The translations under genes were made by a program, and so were the position numbers. The notes under the pieces are model-generated. The model was not told the origin of the DNA and did no database searches. It saw only the letters and a list, made by a program, of their open reading frames with translations. A stretch of DNA of 58,872 nt, filler included, from Sphacelaria rigidula (lineage: Eukaryota): the NCBI GenBank assembly GCA_964200075.2. It is 9 parts of 9 records of this genome, joined end to end, with 100 filler letters (N's around TTAATTAATTAA, not from the genome) between each part and the next. Parts side by side here need not be neighbours in the genome. Positions count along the whole stretch, not along the records: positions 6,554 to 13,006 come from CAXNAA020019984.1; positions 13,107 to 19,559 come from CAXNAA020019985.1; positions 19,660 to 26,112 come from CAXNAA020019986.1; 6 more parts are not named here. One strand, 5' to 3'. Every line of letters starts with the position of its first letter. Positions within the stretch are counted from its first letter, which is position 1. This document shows, piece after piece, positions 12,954 to 23,520 of the stretch.

Positions 12954-13006
12954 CTCCGTCTCGAAAGGGATGCGTGGTCAATGGTCAAATGACTAAGGCA
13001 AGCAAC
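12954..13006 (+). mobile_element. Very short 3' end of C-tailed LINE, subfamily B (others at 19165-19550, 19660-19730, 20669-20888, 32765-32830)
   Basis: CCGTCTCGAAAGGGATGCGTGGTCAATGGTCAAATGACTAAGGCAAGCAAC encodes PSRKGCVVNGQMTKASN and follows a C-run. Confidence 0.7.
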
Positions 13007-13106
13007 NNNNNNNNNNNNNNNNNNNNNNNNNNNNNNNNNNNNNNNNNNNNTTAATTAATTAANNNNNNNNNNNNNNNNNNNNNNNNNNNNNNNNNNNNNN
13101 NNNNNN

Positions 13107-13190
13107 CCGTCCCGGCATTGTAGGGATGCGAGATCAACGGTCTGATGACTATGGCATGCATGATCATGAGTACACCCCTCCCCGCCCCTA
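13107..13190 (+). mobile_element. 3' end of C-tailed LINE, subfamily A
   Basis: CCGTCCCGGC..TGTAGGGATGCGAG.TCAACGGT...ATGATCATGAGTAC followed by a C-rich tail. Confidence 0.7.
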
Positions 13191-13233
13191 CGCCCCGAAT
13201 ACATGAACCCTTCATGTCGCGAACATTGAACAG

Positions 13234-13311
13234 CTGCCACCGGTGTCTAGGAGGGGTGAGCCGGAGAAGAAACTGTGCTTCGAGGCGGTCTCTTGGAAGG
13301 CGTGCGTTCAA
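13234..13311 (+). CDS. PIF1: PIF1 family 5'-3' DNA helicase, internal exon 1 of 4 seen (LPPVSRRGEPEKKLCFEAVSWKACVQ)
   Basis: CAG acceptor and GTAAGA donor, phase 0/0. Matches the motif III region (GDFxQ)LPPV...FCF...W. Confidence 0.9.
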
Positions 13312-13567
13312 GTAAGATGTGGCACTATGATATGAATGCTTTTTATATTGAACGGCTGATTGATTGGTTGCTGGGATTGAATGATTATCTATAAATTGGT
13401 CGTCTATGATTGACGACCCCCACCACGCATACAGCAGTTGTCGTGAGACCTGTGTGGGTTTGGGGGAGGGATAAGAGGAAGGTCGACGGTGAGGAGGCGG
13501 AGCCGAGCTGCTAGCAGCGGATGGCACAACTTACATGAGCGTTTTACGTAGTACAGGGCATACTCTC

Positions 13568-13604
<37 letters not shown>

Positions 13605-13774
13605 AAGTTCGGTACACACCGAGATGAATAACCCGCGGATATTGTGTACGTCATGAGGCTCTCAACGAAAGTTTTTTTTTTCCTAGTAATGACACCTTGA
13701 AGAGGTATTTTTTTGCGATACCGTGCGTTTGGGGGATGACCCCCCCCCCCCCCCCCCCCCCCTCAAGTCTCCGC

Positions 13775-13985
13775 TTAGCAGGATGCAGCTCACCCTTCAT
13801 GCGACTCGCCGAGCACACCACGGCGCTTCGCGCTTGGTGAATCATTGCGAGCCTTCTCCGGCGAGAACCCAGCGTGGTCCGCCCGGCTTTGTAGGGCTAC
13901 GAGGTCAATGGTCATATAACTACGGCATACAAGATTATGGGTACAAGGTTATAAGTACATACACACACCCCTCTCCGCCTCCCCC
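13775..13985 (+). mobile_element. 5'-truncated C-tailed LINE, subfamily A, in a PIF1 intron
   Basis: GGATGCAGCTCACCCTTCATGCGACTCGCCG...GGCTTTGTAGGG matches the 19815 and 58570 copies and follows a C24 run. Confidence 0.75.
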
Positions 13986-14385
13986 TGAATTTGACGCATC
14001 GAAATCTTGCTTTTGTGCTTTTCATGTATGCGGAGTAGGTTTAGCCTTGTATGATTTTTTTTGTCCAAGTGCCGCACTGTAGTGAAATAACGGAACGGCC
14101 TCAATGGAGCACTGTTGTAGCAAAATACCGGACCTCTTCCATTCATGTGTTTCCGTGTACTTTGCCCACTTTATTTATAAACACAGTTGGGAGTATTCGT
14201 GCTATCATACAAACGTTCTTACGGTCGGTCTTTATTGTGTTTTCATTTTCTCGTCACTGTGTTGTGTTGGTCATTTGGCTGCTCATTTTTATTTTCCCCG
14301 TGTTTTTCATTGGCTGCCGCTTTTTCCGTTTTTTTTTTTCTTTTCCCCATCGCTCTTTGCGTGTAACGGCGGCGTGAGCTCTCAG

Positions 14386-14439
14386 GAATCGATCCGACTG
14401 AAGCTGGTGTACCGTCAGCGCGACAATAAATTCGTCAAG
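14386..14439 (+). CDS. PIF1: PIF1 helicase exon 2 (ESIRLKLVYRQRDNKFVK)
   Basis: CAG|GAA acceptor and AAG|GT donor. LxxVxRQxDxxF is PIF1 motif IV. Confidence 0.9.
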
Positions 14440-14795
14440 GTGTGTGTGTGTGTGTGTGTGTTTTATATCATTTTCATTGCTAGCGTACGCAGTCTAACTC
14501 TCCTACTAGTTGGCGCACGCGGGGCACATGCTCGTGCACCCCGCCTACATCATACCGGCGGTCGTGGAAAGGAGAAGGAAAATAGAAGGAGAAGAAGTAG
14601 GAGAACGGGAAGAAGACATGAAGAAAGGAGATGTCTCACGACAAAAGTTTCCACCACGTCGTAACAATATTGTGTTTTTTACAATCGTGGAGGGTGGTCA
14701 TTTCGACAACTCTCCACCATTTCAAGAGAGCATAATTCTCTTCTTTCCCTTCCGGCATGAAATTTTTTTATCGAACTACGCGTAATCTTCACCTT

Positions 14796-14897
14796 CCTGG
14801 TCCGGCGAAAACCCGGTGTGCTGCTTCCCGACTCTGTAGGGATGCGAGGTCAACAGTCATATGACTACGGTATGCAAGATCATGAGTACGCCCCTCT
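14796..14897 (+). mobile_element. Short 3' end of C-tailed LINE, subfamily A
   Basis: CCTGGTCCGGCGAAAACCCGG...GTAGGGATGCGAGGTCAAC...GATCATGAGTACGCCCC. Confidence 0.7.
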
Positions 14898-15221
14898 TCC
14901 TTTCTCGGGACAAACTCGCAATCTCGAGAGATTCAGCCTCTGTTTCTGTCTGTTTCTGTCTGTCTGTCTGTCTGTCTGTCTCCAGGTACAGTAACTTCCT
15001 GACATTTTGCTACGTATCGAGGATAGATTTGTTGTGTCAGCTCACCCGCGCCATTCGTTTGACTCTGGTCCAATTTTTCTACTGCTACGCGCACGTCGTC
15101 ACGCATACATAGGACCCTGGCAAGCCATCACACGCTGGACAATGACAGTATATTACATCGTCAAAAAAGTGTACTGCGTACAGTATCGACTATTGCGTAT
15201 ATTGCAGTAGATAAAAGATTC

Positions 15222-16370
15222 CAAGGTTGTGTTGTGTAAGGCACGGCTTTCTGTATACCCGGGGTATTTTTCCGGGTATGTACCATACCCGACACTTCTG
15301 TGACTTCTGTGAGACTTTCATACCGGTATCCGACAGTTCTTTAATCTGTGTAAGACTTCCATACCCTTACCCGATAGTTATGTAAGTTGTGTACAATACA
15401 TTTACCCGAACCCGAAGGGCGGGTATACCCGGAAAGAGTCACCCGATTGCCGGTACCGGTTCCCTGTAAGCCTCCCATACCGTACCCGACAAGTTCTGTA
15501 AAGTCTGTGAGACTTTCATACCGGTACCCGACAATTCTGTAAAGTCTGTGAGACTTCCAAACCGGTACCCGACAGTTCTATAAGTTCTGCAAGCTTCCTG
15601 TACCCATACCCGGGGTTATGGTATACCCTTGCAGATATACCCCGACGGAGGTACGAGCACAGGTATATATCCTCTGGAAGTATGGATATAGGGTCAATCG
15701 AAACATAACCTAATGGCCCGAACATGTACCTCCCAGCTCCTGCCACCACACCCTGCCCTGTCATTCATTTCAGCACCCCAACCGAAAAATCCAAGGTTGT
15801 GTTGTGTAAGGTACGGCTTTCTGTATACCCGGGGTATTTTTCCGGGTATGTACCGTACCCGACACTTCTGTGACTTCTGTGAAACTTTCATACCGGTATC
15901 CGACAGTTCTGTAATCTGTGTAAGACTTTCACACCTTGACCCGATAGTTCTGTAAGTTGTGTACAATACATTTACCCAAACCCGAAGGGCGGGTATACCC
16001 GAAAAGAGTCACCCGATTGCCGGTACCGGTTCCCTGTAAGCCTCCCATACCGTACCCGACAAGTTCTGTAAAGTCTGCAAGACTTTCATACCGGTACCCG
16101 ATAGTTCTGTAAGTTCTGTACATAACATTTACCCGAACCCGAGGGGCGGGTATACCCGAAAAGAGTTACCCGATTGCCGGTACCGGTTCTCTGTAAGCTT
16201 CCCATACCGTACCCGACAAGTTCTGTAAAGTCTGTGAGACTTTCATACCGGTACCCGGCAGTTCTGTAAACTCTGTGAGACTTCCAAACCGGTACCCGAC
16301 AGTTCTGTAAACTCCGCATGGAATCTCATACCCTACAGAACGTACCCGTACCTTACAGAACACAACCTTG
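15222..16370. mobile_element. Non-autonomous hAT-like DNA transposon with internal ~39-bp tandem repeats and a duplicated left end
   Basis: TIRs CAAGGTTGTGTTGTGTAAGG and CCTTACAGAACACAACCTTG. Perfect 8-bp TSD AAAGATTC at 15214-15221 and 16371-16378. A second left end starts at 15792. Confidence 0.9.
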
Positions 16371-16614
16371 AAAGATTCCACACTGTACACACACAGTACA
16401 CTTTTTGAAAATGTAATTTATTGTCATAATCCAGGGTGTGTAAACCAGTATGCTCCCTCGTGTGGAGTAGGATCGATGTAAAGAGTACGAGGCGTTCTGA
16501 AGCATGTTCTAGATAATGAAGCACACTAATGTCGGTACATTTGATCCATCACGATATTTCCTGTGTTGTGTCGTTTGTGCGCAATATGCGGGCGGTTTTG
16601 CGCGATGTTGTCAG

Positions 16615-16791
16615 TTACTGAGTCGTGTGAGGTGGGGTCAGTGCACGCCCGAGGTCTTGGAGGAGCTGCGGCGATGTCAGGAGAGGTGTAGAGCGGCTAC
16701 CGAGACGGGCTCGTCGCGTAGTCGCGAGGACGGGATCGAGGAGACACAGCTCTTGACGCACAAAGCGGACGTCCTCAGGGTCAATGAGCAG
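16615..16791 (+). CDS. PIF1: PIF1 helicase exon 3 (LLSRVRWGQCTPEVLEELRRC...DGIEETQLLTHKADVLRVNEQ)
   Basis: CAG acceptor and CAG|GT donor, 59 codons. Contains the PIF1 signature (LL..IR.G) and DGI..T.L..H..DV...N. Confidence 0.92.
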
Positions 16792-17464
16792 GTGGAGAGA
16801 TGTGTTTGTGGGGACAGCAACCGCGATGTGCTTGGTGCTTTCATAACCTGGACATGACATGATCAATAATTGCAATCGATTAAATTGTACTGCGCAGAGT
16901 ATAGGCCTATTGCAACTATGATCGCTCGGTATGGTTCGTGGTCGCAGGCAGTAGGCCAATACTTTACGCAGTACATTTTTTCTGTACTGCAACTATTACT
17001 CATGCGTTGTTCAGGGTGTGGTGTTTCGGCGATTTTGGTGTTGTGCTTATTTTATCTTCATTGCGGCCCACATGTTTGCCGATCGTGTTCCACCTAGATC
17101 TGCCCCATACCACCGTTTTAGCCCGACCCATATTCCCCACACCCTAATGTTTTTTTGTGCACGTTGATCACATAACTCGATCCCCAAACCATAACCCCGA
17201 TGATCCCAGCAAAGGAAGGCAGTGTGTATCCTCGAGGGTGGGGAGGGCTGCGTTCTACCTTCGCTTGGCAAAGCGGGAGGGGTTCAGTGGTTCATGTTGG
17301 TTGTGGCGTTGATCTGTCGTTGACCGTGTTACGTACAGTGCGCGACGCGCTTCGCATCACGCGCGCGCTGACAGAAGAGTTTGACCCGTGCCCGCTGGGA
17401 TATGTTAACGGGCGCTTGAAAGCAGGTGAAGGTCTGTATCAAGACCCGGATCTTGCAGTGGTCG

Positions 17465-17910
17465 GGTGAATGAATGATTCGTCTAGAAATTACTTGATTT
17501 TAGTGTAATTGATTCGTACCGTATCAATCAATCCTTGGGCTTTGTTTTCAGGGTTGCCAAACCCAGGTACGCGCGCACTCCAGGCACGTTATTGTGGAAT
17601 GGCGCAAAAATTGCGTGGGGACCTTTTTGACCAGCAGTCAATATTTTTCTCTCTTTCGAGCAATCAGGGCCTGTCTTAGCACATTAGCTTTCGATCGAAA
17701 TTGTGCGGTGGAAAACAAAAATCCCGATCTGATAGGCTGTGATTTCAACCATCTCCCAAATTTTCGACGATGGTTGAAATTACGGCCTATCAGATCGGGA
17801 TTTTTGTTTTCCACCGCATATTTTCGATCGAAAACTCATGTGCTAAGATAGGGCCTCAGGCCTGACAAATCGTGTATTTGGTGATTCGAACCAGTGACGA
17901 TTTGTCCGAA
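17465..17910. repeat. Interspersed repeat family (relatives at 25390-25640 and 58440-58530 in opposite orientation, and 45945-46075)
   Basis: Shared blocks such as GTGGAATGGCGCAAA, GCAATCAGGCC..AAATCGTG.ATTTGGTGATTCGAACC and TTTGTTTTCAG. Confidence 0.7.
17667..17855. mobile_element. PIF/Harbinger (Tourist-like) palindromic MITE, 189 bp, TSD TCA
   Basis: TCA|GGGCCTGTCTTAGCACA...TGTGCTAAGATAGGGCC|TCA. The empty homologous site GCAATCAGGCC occurs at ~46015. Confidence 0.9.
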
Positions 17911-18626
17911 CCGTGGCATGTTGGAAGGATTAAACCACGAGATGACAACCTGTACCGACTCTACGGTGCATGGCATGGTGGAAGAGAAACAATACACACA
18001 CACACACACCTCGGACAGCTGATGAGCTACCTGGACATGACTTCTTACAATTGTACCGATACGGACCATGAGCGAGCTCATTTGGCCTCTCTCCCGTGTT
18101 TGCCCCCCACATACGAGCTGGGCCAGCCCAAAGACGGATTTAAGCTCTAAAAGCAATATTTCATCGACATAGACGAGTTGGGCCGTGATCCGCTTCTCTG
18201 ACCCTGCTGTCACGTACTTTGTGCTTTCGGGTAAGGCATGTGAGAGTTCTCTTCGATTGGATAATTTTAGGTAGCTTATGAGCTGTCCGATGTGTGGAAT
18301 ATTGGCGGTTGGGATGCAGGAGGGGTAGGGAAGGGGGGGGGGTGAAGGGCATTGCGGGGGTTGCGCACACCCAAAAAACTGAGGATAGAGGCAAGTTGAA
18401 CAAGTGGAGAAAAAAATGAGAAAGGAAAGGACTGGGCGAAGGAACGACCGTCCGAATGCACTTATCCAAGATGAAGATATCCTGCTATAGCGGAAACACC
18501 CTCTCTCTCACACACACACAAACACTTGCGGATACTTTTCGTGTTTTCCAGCGCGGAGATTTTAAGAACTTTCCTCGGTTGCCCCGACCTGTGGTCTGAA
18601 AGCCAATGTAGTACTCGTGAGCTATC

Positions 18627-18627
<1 letters not shown>

Positions 18628-18681
<54 letters not shown>
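18628..18681. repeat. (GT)n microsatellite just upstream of a PIF1 acceptor
   Basis: About 27 GT units. Confidence 0.95.
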
Positions 18682-18682
<1 letters not shown>

Positions 18683-18698
18683 AACGTGCCGAACACAG

Positions 18699-18830
18699 CG
18701 CCTAGGGCAACTGGAAGGAGACGAGGTGTTGTCAAGGGCTGAGGACAAAGGCAGCCGACCAGACCACCTCAAGCAGCTCGACGACTCTTGCCCGGCGCCG
18801 GCTACACTCCGGACAAAAGTTGGAGCGCAG
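18699..18830 (+). CDS. PIF1: PIF1 helicase exon 4 (RLGQLEGDEV...LDDSCPAPATLRTKVGAQ); gene incomplete at both contig ends
   Basis: ACAG acceptor and CAG|GT donor, 44 codons. CP....L.LK.GAQ precedes the conserved VMLxxN. Confidence 0.92.
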
Positions 18831-19164
18831 GTTTGTCCGCCCGCGCAACTGTGTGTGTCTGCGTTTTCGTGTGCGTCTCTATCTGTATTTATGGCAGTAT
18901 CCTTGTCTGTGTTATCGCATCTGTGCCTGTGCGTGTCTGTCTGTGTCAATATCTGTGCCTGTATATTGCCTGGTGTGTGTGCGTGCGTGTCTCGGGTTGT
19001 GCGCGTGCGTATTCCGTGATGCCTACATCCAAACACTAAACAGCCTTCGGCACTGCTCCATACGCTCCGTTTTGGAGCGCACTCTGTTTTAGGTTCGTGG
19101 TCATGAGTGTTTCCTTCTCGCGCCCGCCCCCTCGCCCCCGTCTGCCAGTAGTCGGGTGGAGGAG

Positions 19165-19550
19165 GGAGTAGATGCGGGGAGTTGCCCTTGTGGCAAAGCA
19201 ACAGAGAGTGTGAACGATGCAAGGAGGAACAGGATGTGTTGGAGGGGCAAATGTGGGAAGTGAACGAAGGTGGCATGATATCGCCTGGTAGATTAGATAG
19301 TAGCGAGCACACGATCTCCATACTAGGAGATAAATGGTGGCCACAGACGGAGAAACAGGAAGGGGATAAGATATGCAGAAGGTTCTTGTGTAGTGCATGG
19401 AAATAACATAACGAGCGTCCAACAATTTGAGATGTCTTTATTAGAAGAACTGGGCTTCGTCTCGAAAGGGATGCGTAGTCCATGGTCACACAGCCAAAGC
19501 AAGTAGCAAATGGATACGCCCCCCCCCCCCCCACCCCCCCGCCCCCCCCC
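19165..19550 (+). mobile_element. Longest subfamily-B LINE 3' end: decayed ORF2 C-terminus with zinc-knuckle remnant and poly(C) tail
   Basis: Reads CPCGK..[frameshift]ECERCKEEQDVL...TISILGDKWWPQTEKQEGDKICRRFLCSAWK...SRKGCVVHG, then GATACG(C)n. Confidence 0.7.
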
Positions 19551-19814
19551 CGGCCACACNNNNNNNNNNNNNNNNNNNNNNNNNNNNNNNNNNNNNNNNN
19601 NNNTTAATTAATTAANNNNNNNNNNNNNNNNNNNNNNNNNNNNNNNNNNNNNNNNNNNNTCCGTCTCGAAAGGGATGTGTGGTCAATGGTCAGACGACTA
19701 AGGCAAGCAACACATGAGAACGCCCCCCATCGCTATTATACACGCCACTCACTACTTAAGCTAGGCAACCAGATTACCGATTTCTTTGCGCGCTTGCGTT
19801 TTTTTCTGCGGTAA

Positions 19815-20176
19815 CCATGATGGTGGTCGAGGTAGATCATGTTGTGCGGGGTGGGAGAACCTTAACTCCGCACATGGGGGATGATCATACTACGTAGTGT
19901 CCAAATGGTGAGACACCTATGAGGCAATGTAAAAGCCGTGGCTGTCTCTGGAAATGGCGATACCAAAAGATGGAGAGAACTCATTGTAGGCTGTCATCCA
20001 AATGCAAGATAATCAGTAGGCTTCGGACCGAACAATCTTTGCCGGATGCAGCTCACCCTTCATGCGAGCCTGGTCCGGCGAAAACCCGGCGTGCTCCGTC
20101 ACGGCTTTGTAGGGACGCGAGGTCGATGGTGTCATGACTACGGCGTGCATGATCATGAGTACCCCCACCCCCCTCC
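19815..20176 (+). mobile_element. 5'-truncated C-tailed LINE, subfamily A, with an internal deletion
   Basis: Aligns with 58572-58872 and 54270-54600 and ends GATCATGAGTACCCCCACCCCC. Confidence 0.75.
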
Positions 20177-20668
20177 ATGCAGTTTTTTTAATCATCCGTC
20201 GGTCATCAGCAAGGTATTGTTTTTTTCGTCCTGAGAGCGTATACAGCGCAAATGTTACTCATACCCCCCCGGTGGTCTGTAGGTAGCAATAGTCTCTGGA
20301 GTCACTTTAGTCCTTTGCAGCAGAATCTGGTCTCTGTCGTCGCAAGGGGTGTTTCACGAGGATTCTACGCGGTGCGGGGGTGCTGATCCAGTCTGCCATA
20401 CTAAAATTTCTATCAAATTATACTGTGCAGTTTTTTTTTTTTTCGCAGTGTGTTGTTGTAACCCCCCCATCCCCCCTCCATCCGGTGCAATCGGTATACT
20501 AGGAGGTAGATGGTGGACAACGAAGGNNNNNNNNNNCAATGAGTCTCCGCGGTGCGTGGTGTCTGTTCCAGTCTGCCATACTAAAATTTCTATCAAATTA
20601 TACTGTGCAGTTTTTTTTTTTTCGCAGTGTGTTGTTGTAACCCCCCCATCCCCCCTCCATCCGGTGCA

Positions 20669-20888
20669 ATCGCTATACTAGGAGATAGATGGTGGACACA
20701 GACGGCGAAACAGGGAGGAGATAAAATTGTGAAGGGCTTTTGTGTAATGGGTGGAAAAAAGTCACTGAGCGCGTAAACATTGGAGGTGTCTCTATAAGGA
20801 GTAGGAACGGTGCTCCGTTTCGAAAGGAAGGCATCGTCAGTGGTCAAATGACGAGGGCAAGCAACAAACGAGTACGCCCCCCCCCCCC
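20669..20888 (+). mobile_element. 5'-truncated subfamily-B LINE with poly(C) tail and ~15-bp TSD
   Basis: Flanks CCTCCATCCGGTGCA (20654-20668) and CCTCCACCCGGTGCA (20891-20905). Encodes IAILGDRWWTQTAKQGGDK...GGVSIRSRNGAP. Confidence 0.8.
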
Positions 20889-20945
20889 ATCCTCCACCCG
20901 GTGCACGCCTCCTTATAATCTGGTCTCGGCCGCACTTGCTCACAG

Positions 20946-21167
20946 GAATTTTATCAATATGCCACGACCAAACTGTCACCTGGGGGTATCCTCGTCACCC
21001 AGTCGGGCGCGGCTTGCCCGCATTTGGTGACCGAGTGTTTCACGGTGATACACAAAACGCTCAAATCTGTCTTCAAGAACGTGGCCTACATGGCAGTCGA
21101 TATTCCATCGTTTGGGTGCAACTGGGGCTTCAACATTGCTTCCGATGGCGACGGGCTAGTCCTCGAG
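20946..21167 (+). CDS. Aminopropyltransferase exon (spermidine/thermospermine synthase, ACL5-like C-terminal region)
   Basis: ACAG|GAA acceptor and GAG|GTGAGA donor, 74 codons: EFYQYATTKLSPGGILVTQSGAAC...FTVIHKTLKSVFKNVAYMAVDIPSFGCNWGFNIASD. Confidence 0.88.
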
Positions 21168-21199
21168 GTGAGATCTGGGGAAGAGGGGGGGGCAGGAGG

Positions 21200-21363
21200 G
21201 AGGAGGGGGGGCGGAGGGTACTCATTAAATTGCGTGCCGTATTCAGCAGACCCTTGACTTCGCATTCCTACAAAAACGAGACGGAGCACGCCGGGTTTTC
21301 GCCGGACCAGGCTCGCAATTAATCACAAAGCGCGAAGCGCCGTCATGTGTTCGGCGAGTTGCA
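21200..21363 (-). mobile_element. Subfamily-A LINE 3' end, antisense (another at 25975-26078)
   Basis: G-run + GTACTCAT...ACGGAGCACGCCGGGTTTTCGCCGGACCAGGCTCGCA is the reverse complement of family A. Confidence 0.75.
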
Positions 21364-21417
21364 TTTTTTGGGACATGGGTACATGGAATAGTCGAGTGCG
21401 CAGTGTGTTGACATTTC

Positions 21418-21452
<35 letters not shown>

Positions 21453-23052
21453 ACTCACATCATTTCCTCGCACAAACCTCACTATTATGCCTGCGAATGG
21501 GGCCCGATTGTGGGCACTATATACCGGCAAAATGGACCGACTACTATCCACTGCAGGAAAAATGACCCGTAATCGAGCCAATCGTATGAATAACAAAATC
21601 ACACGTCATCGCCAAATAACAACCTTGCTCATATGAATTGTACTCTAACTTCAGTACATATTCACAAGCCCGTGACTGGTCGGTGTCGCGGATATGTTGT
21701 TGCTCCGGCGATTGCACTGATATCGTTGTGCTGGTACGTGTTGCGGTTGCACTCGGGAAGCACACGCCCACTACGTTCCATCGCACATTCACCGTCCTCC
21801 TCAACACGAGCAGTCAAGAACACGAAGAGTGGCAGTTGCGGGCGTCACCCACAACAACCCCAGTGACACAACACGCGTTGACCCCCAGACCGTCTTGAAG
21901 TCTGTGGAAAATCTTAGGAGACCAAGAGCATCCTTGTTGTAGTTGGGCCATCGGGCGTGGGGGGAAGATGGGATAGCATGTGAGATTGTGGTTAGGTAAC
22001 CCGAGGGGAAGGGGGGGCACAGGAGGGTATATTATACAAGAGGTTGTATTATAATACAAAAGAAAGTATTGTTGTCATGAGCGTCGCGAGTGCTCCTGTA
22101 GGGTTGAGTAGCCGCTGTCGCTGATTTATCGCCCCGTCTTTCAGTGACTATGTTTGTCATGCTGTTTATTGCACAGCGGCGAAAATGATTTCTTGTGGTG
22201 CTCTGGAATATGTTGTGTTCAGCATATACAGGCAGTTGTAGCAGACACCACAGCCGTGACCGCTCCGTCGGTTCAGTAAAAATGGCATCGATTTTTGCGT
22301 TCTCGACTCGTGACAGGAAACCGTCAACCGCGAGCTCCACACTTCACCTCCTCTGAGGCATAAGGCACAACACGTGTGGAGCTATCAGTGTTGAACCGTC
22401 ACGTTGCCTCTTGCGCCGTGCCGAACAGCACAGCAGCACAAAAAAAAGCGCTGCGTAATCAAGGCCCTCACCCATCTGTTCAACATTGCATTGACGAAGA
22501 ACGAGTGCTGGAAAGCACATGTTATCGCAAATGACACTGCTTATTTTTGCTTCGTAGTATATGCTGGCAGTCACAGAACAGCATCAGCTGGTCGGGTCGG
22601 TGACAGCCAGCGTCCACGAACGCCTGAAAAGCTGCCTGTGCATGCCTTGAATTGTGTCCTCGAATCACCTGCTGCGAAACAGCTGCATTTCGTATTCGGA
22701 GCCGCGGATTTCAAGTTGAGGGACGAAGGGTACACGGTTTCAAGAGGAGGAATTGCCCTTTTATTTAGCACAGGCGCACACCACGGTGTAGCACGTACCG
22801 ACGCCCAACGAAGACAAATGCCCTCACTGATCGAATGCTGCCGTTTGATCTAGGCTGTAACTTGCAAAACGCGATGTTTTCATACTGCCCTCAGTATACA
22901 CGAGGCTTTGGCTTAAATTGTGAACCTGATTCATTTCACTGGTCTCACCCAACCCTTATCTCCCACGAGGGGGAAATTTTCGCACTCTTCACTCGTGCAA
23001 GTACACGCCATCATCCATGATATTAGTAAGCACAGACTCTGCTTTGATTTCA

Positions 23053-23520
23053 GGCCGCTTCTTAAAGACTGAGAAAAAATCTCTGTGGGAATTGCCCTTT
23101 TGAACCTTTTATCACGGATTATTGGCGGAATACGGGCCTTGGCGGATTTGGCCTCGGAGATATTTGCTCCATTTTTCATGAGGATTCCAGCGCGCTTGTC
23201 CGATCTTTCGTACTCCCAGTTTTACTCTTGGCCGGATTCTGGATTTTTTCAGTCACCTAAAAACTTCGAGTTGGGGAAAAGTACGTGTGTTTCCCTACAA
23301 CTCGACGATTTTCGCGGCGACTGAAAAAATCCACAATCCGGCCAAGAGTAAAACTGGGAGAATGAAAGATCGGACAAGCGCGTTGGAATACTCATGAAAA
23401 ATACAGCAAATCTTTCCGAGGAGGCCAAATCCGCCAAGGCCCGTATTCCGCCAATAATCCGTGATGAAACGTTCAAAAGGGCAGTTCTCAGAGAATTTCT
23501 TTAGTCTATAAAAAGCGGCC
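23053..23520. mobile_element. PIF/Harbinger-type palindromic MITE, 468 bp, TSD TCA
   Basis: TCA|GGCCGCTT...AAGCGGCC|TCA. The arms pair over ~225 bp. A diverged half-copy lies at ~25005-25180. Confidence 0.9.

Noticed and set aside
13142..13148. CTGATGA hammerhead core in the LINE-A end
   Set aside because: Not conserved in other copies (CATATGA, TCATGA) and no downstream GAAA with suitable stems.
12954..13190. A- and B-type ends as TIRs of one DNA transposon
   Set aside because: Variable 5' truncation, ORF2-like coding remnants and a 15-bp TSD around a single B end fit LINE 3' ends better. The adjacency here spans an artificial spacer.
15290..16320. Regular ~39-bp repeats resembling a CRISPR array
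   Set aside because: The units are tandem without unique spacers and lie within a TIR/TSD-bounded transposon. There are no cas genes and the context is eukaryotic.
13234..18830. Helitron RepHel helicase
   Set aside because: The motifs match cellular PIF1, the gene is intron-rich, and no Rep domain or Helitron termini were seen.
18485..19534. 349-aa minus-strand ORF
   Set aside because: It is the shadow of a microsatellite, a PIF1 exon and a LINE fragment on the plus strand.
20375..20700. ~180-bp tandem duplication
   Set aside because: Near-identical copies flank an internal N10 gap, so this is probably an unmerged scaffolding overlap.
22030..22850. Possible decayed transposase or exon
   Set aside because: No recognisable motif or consistent frame.
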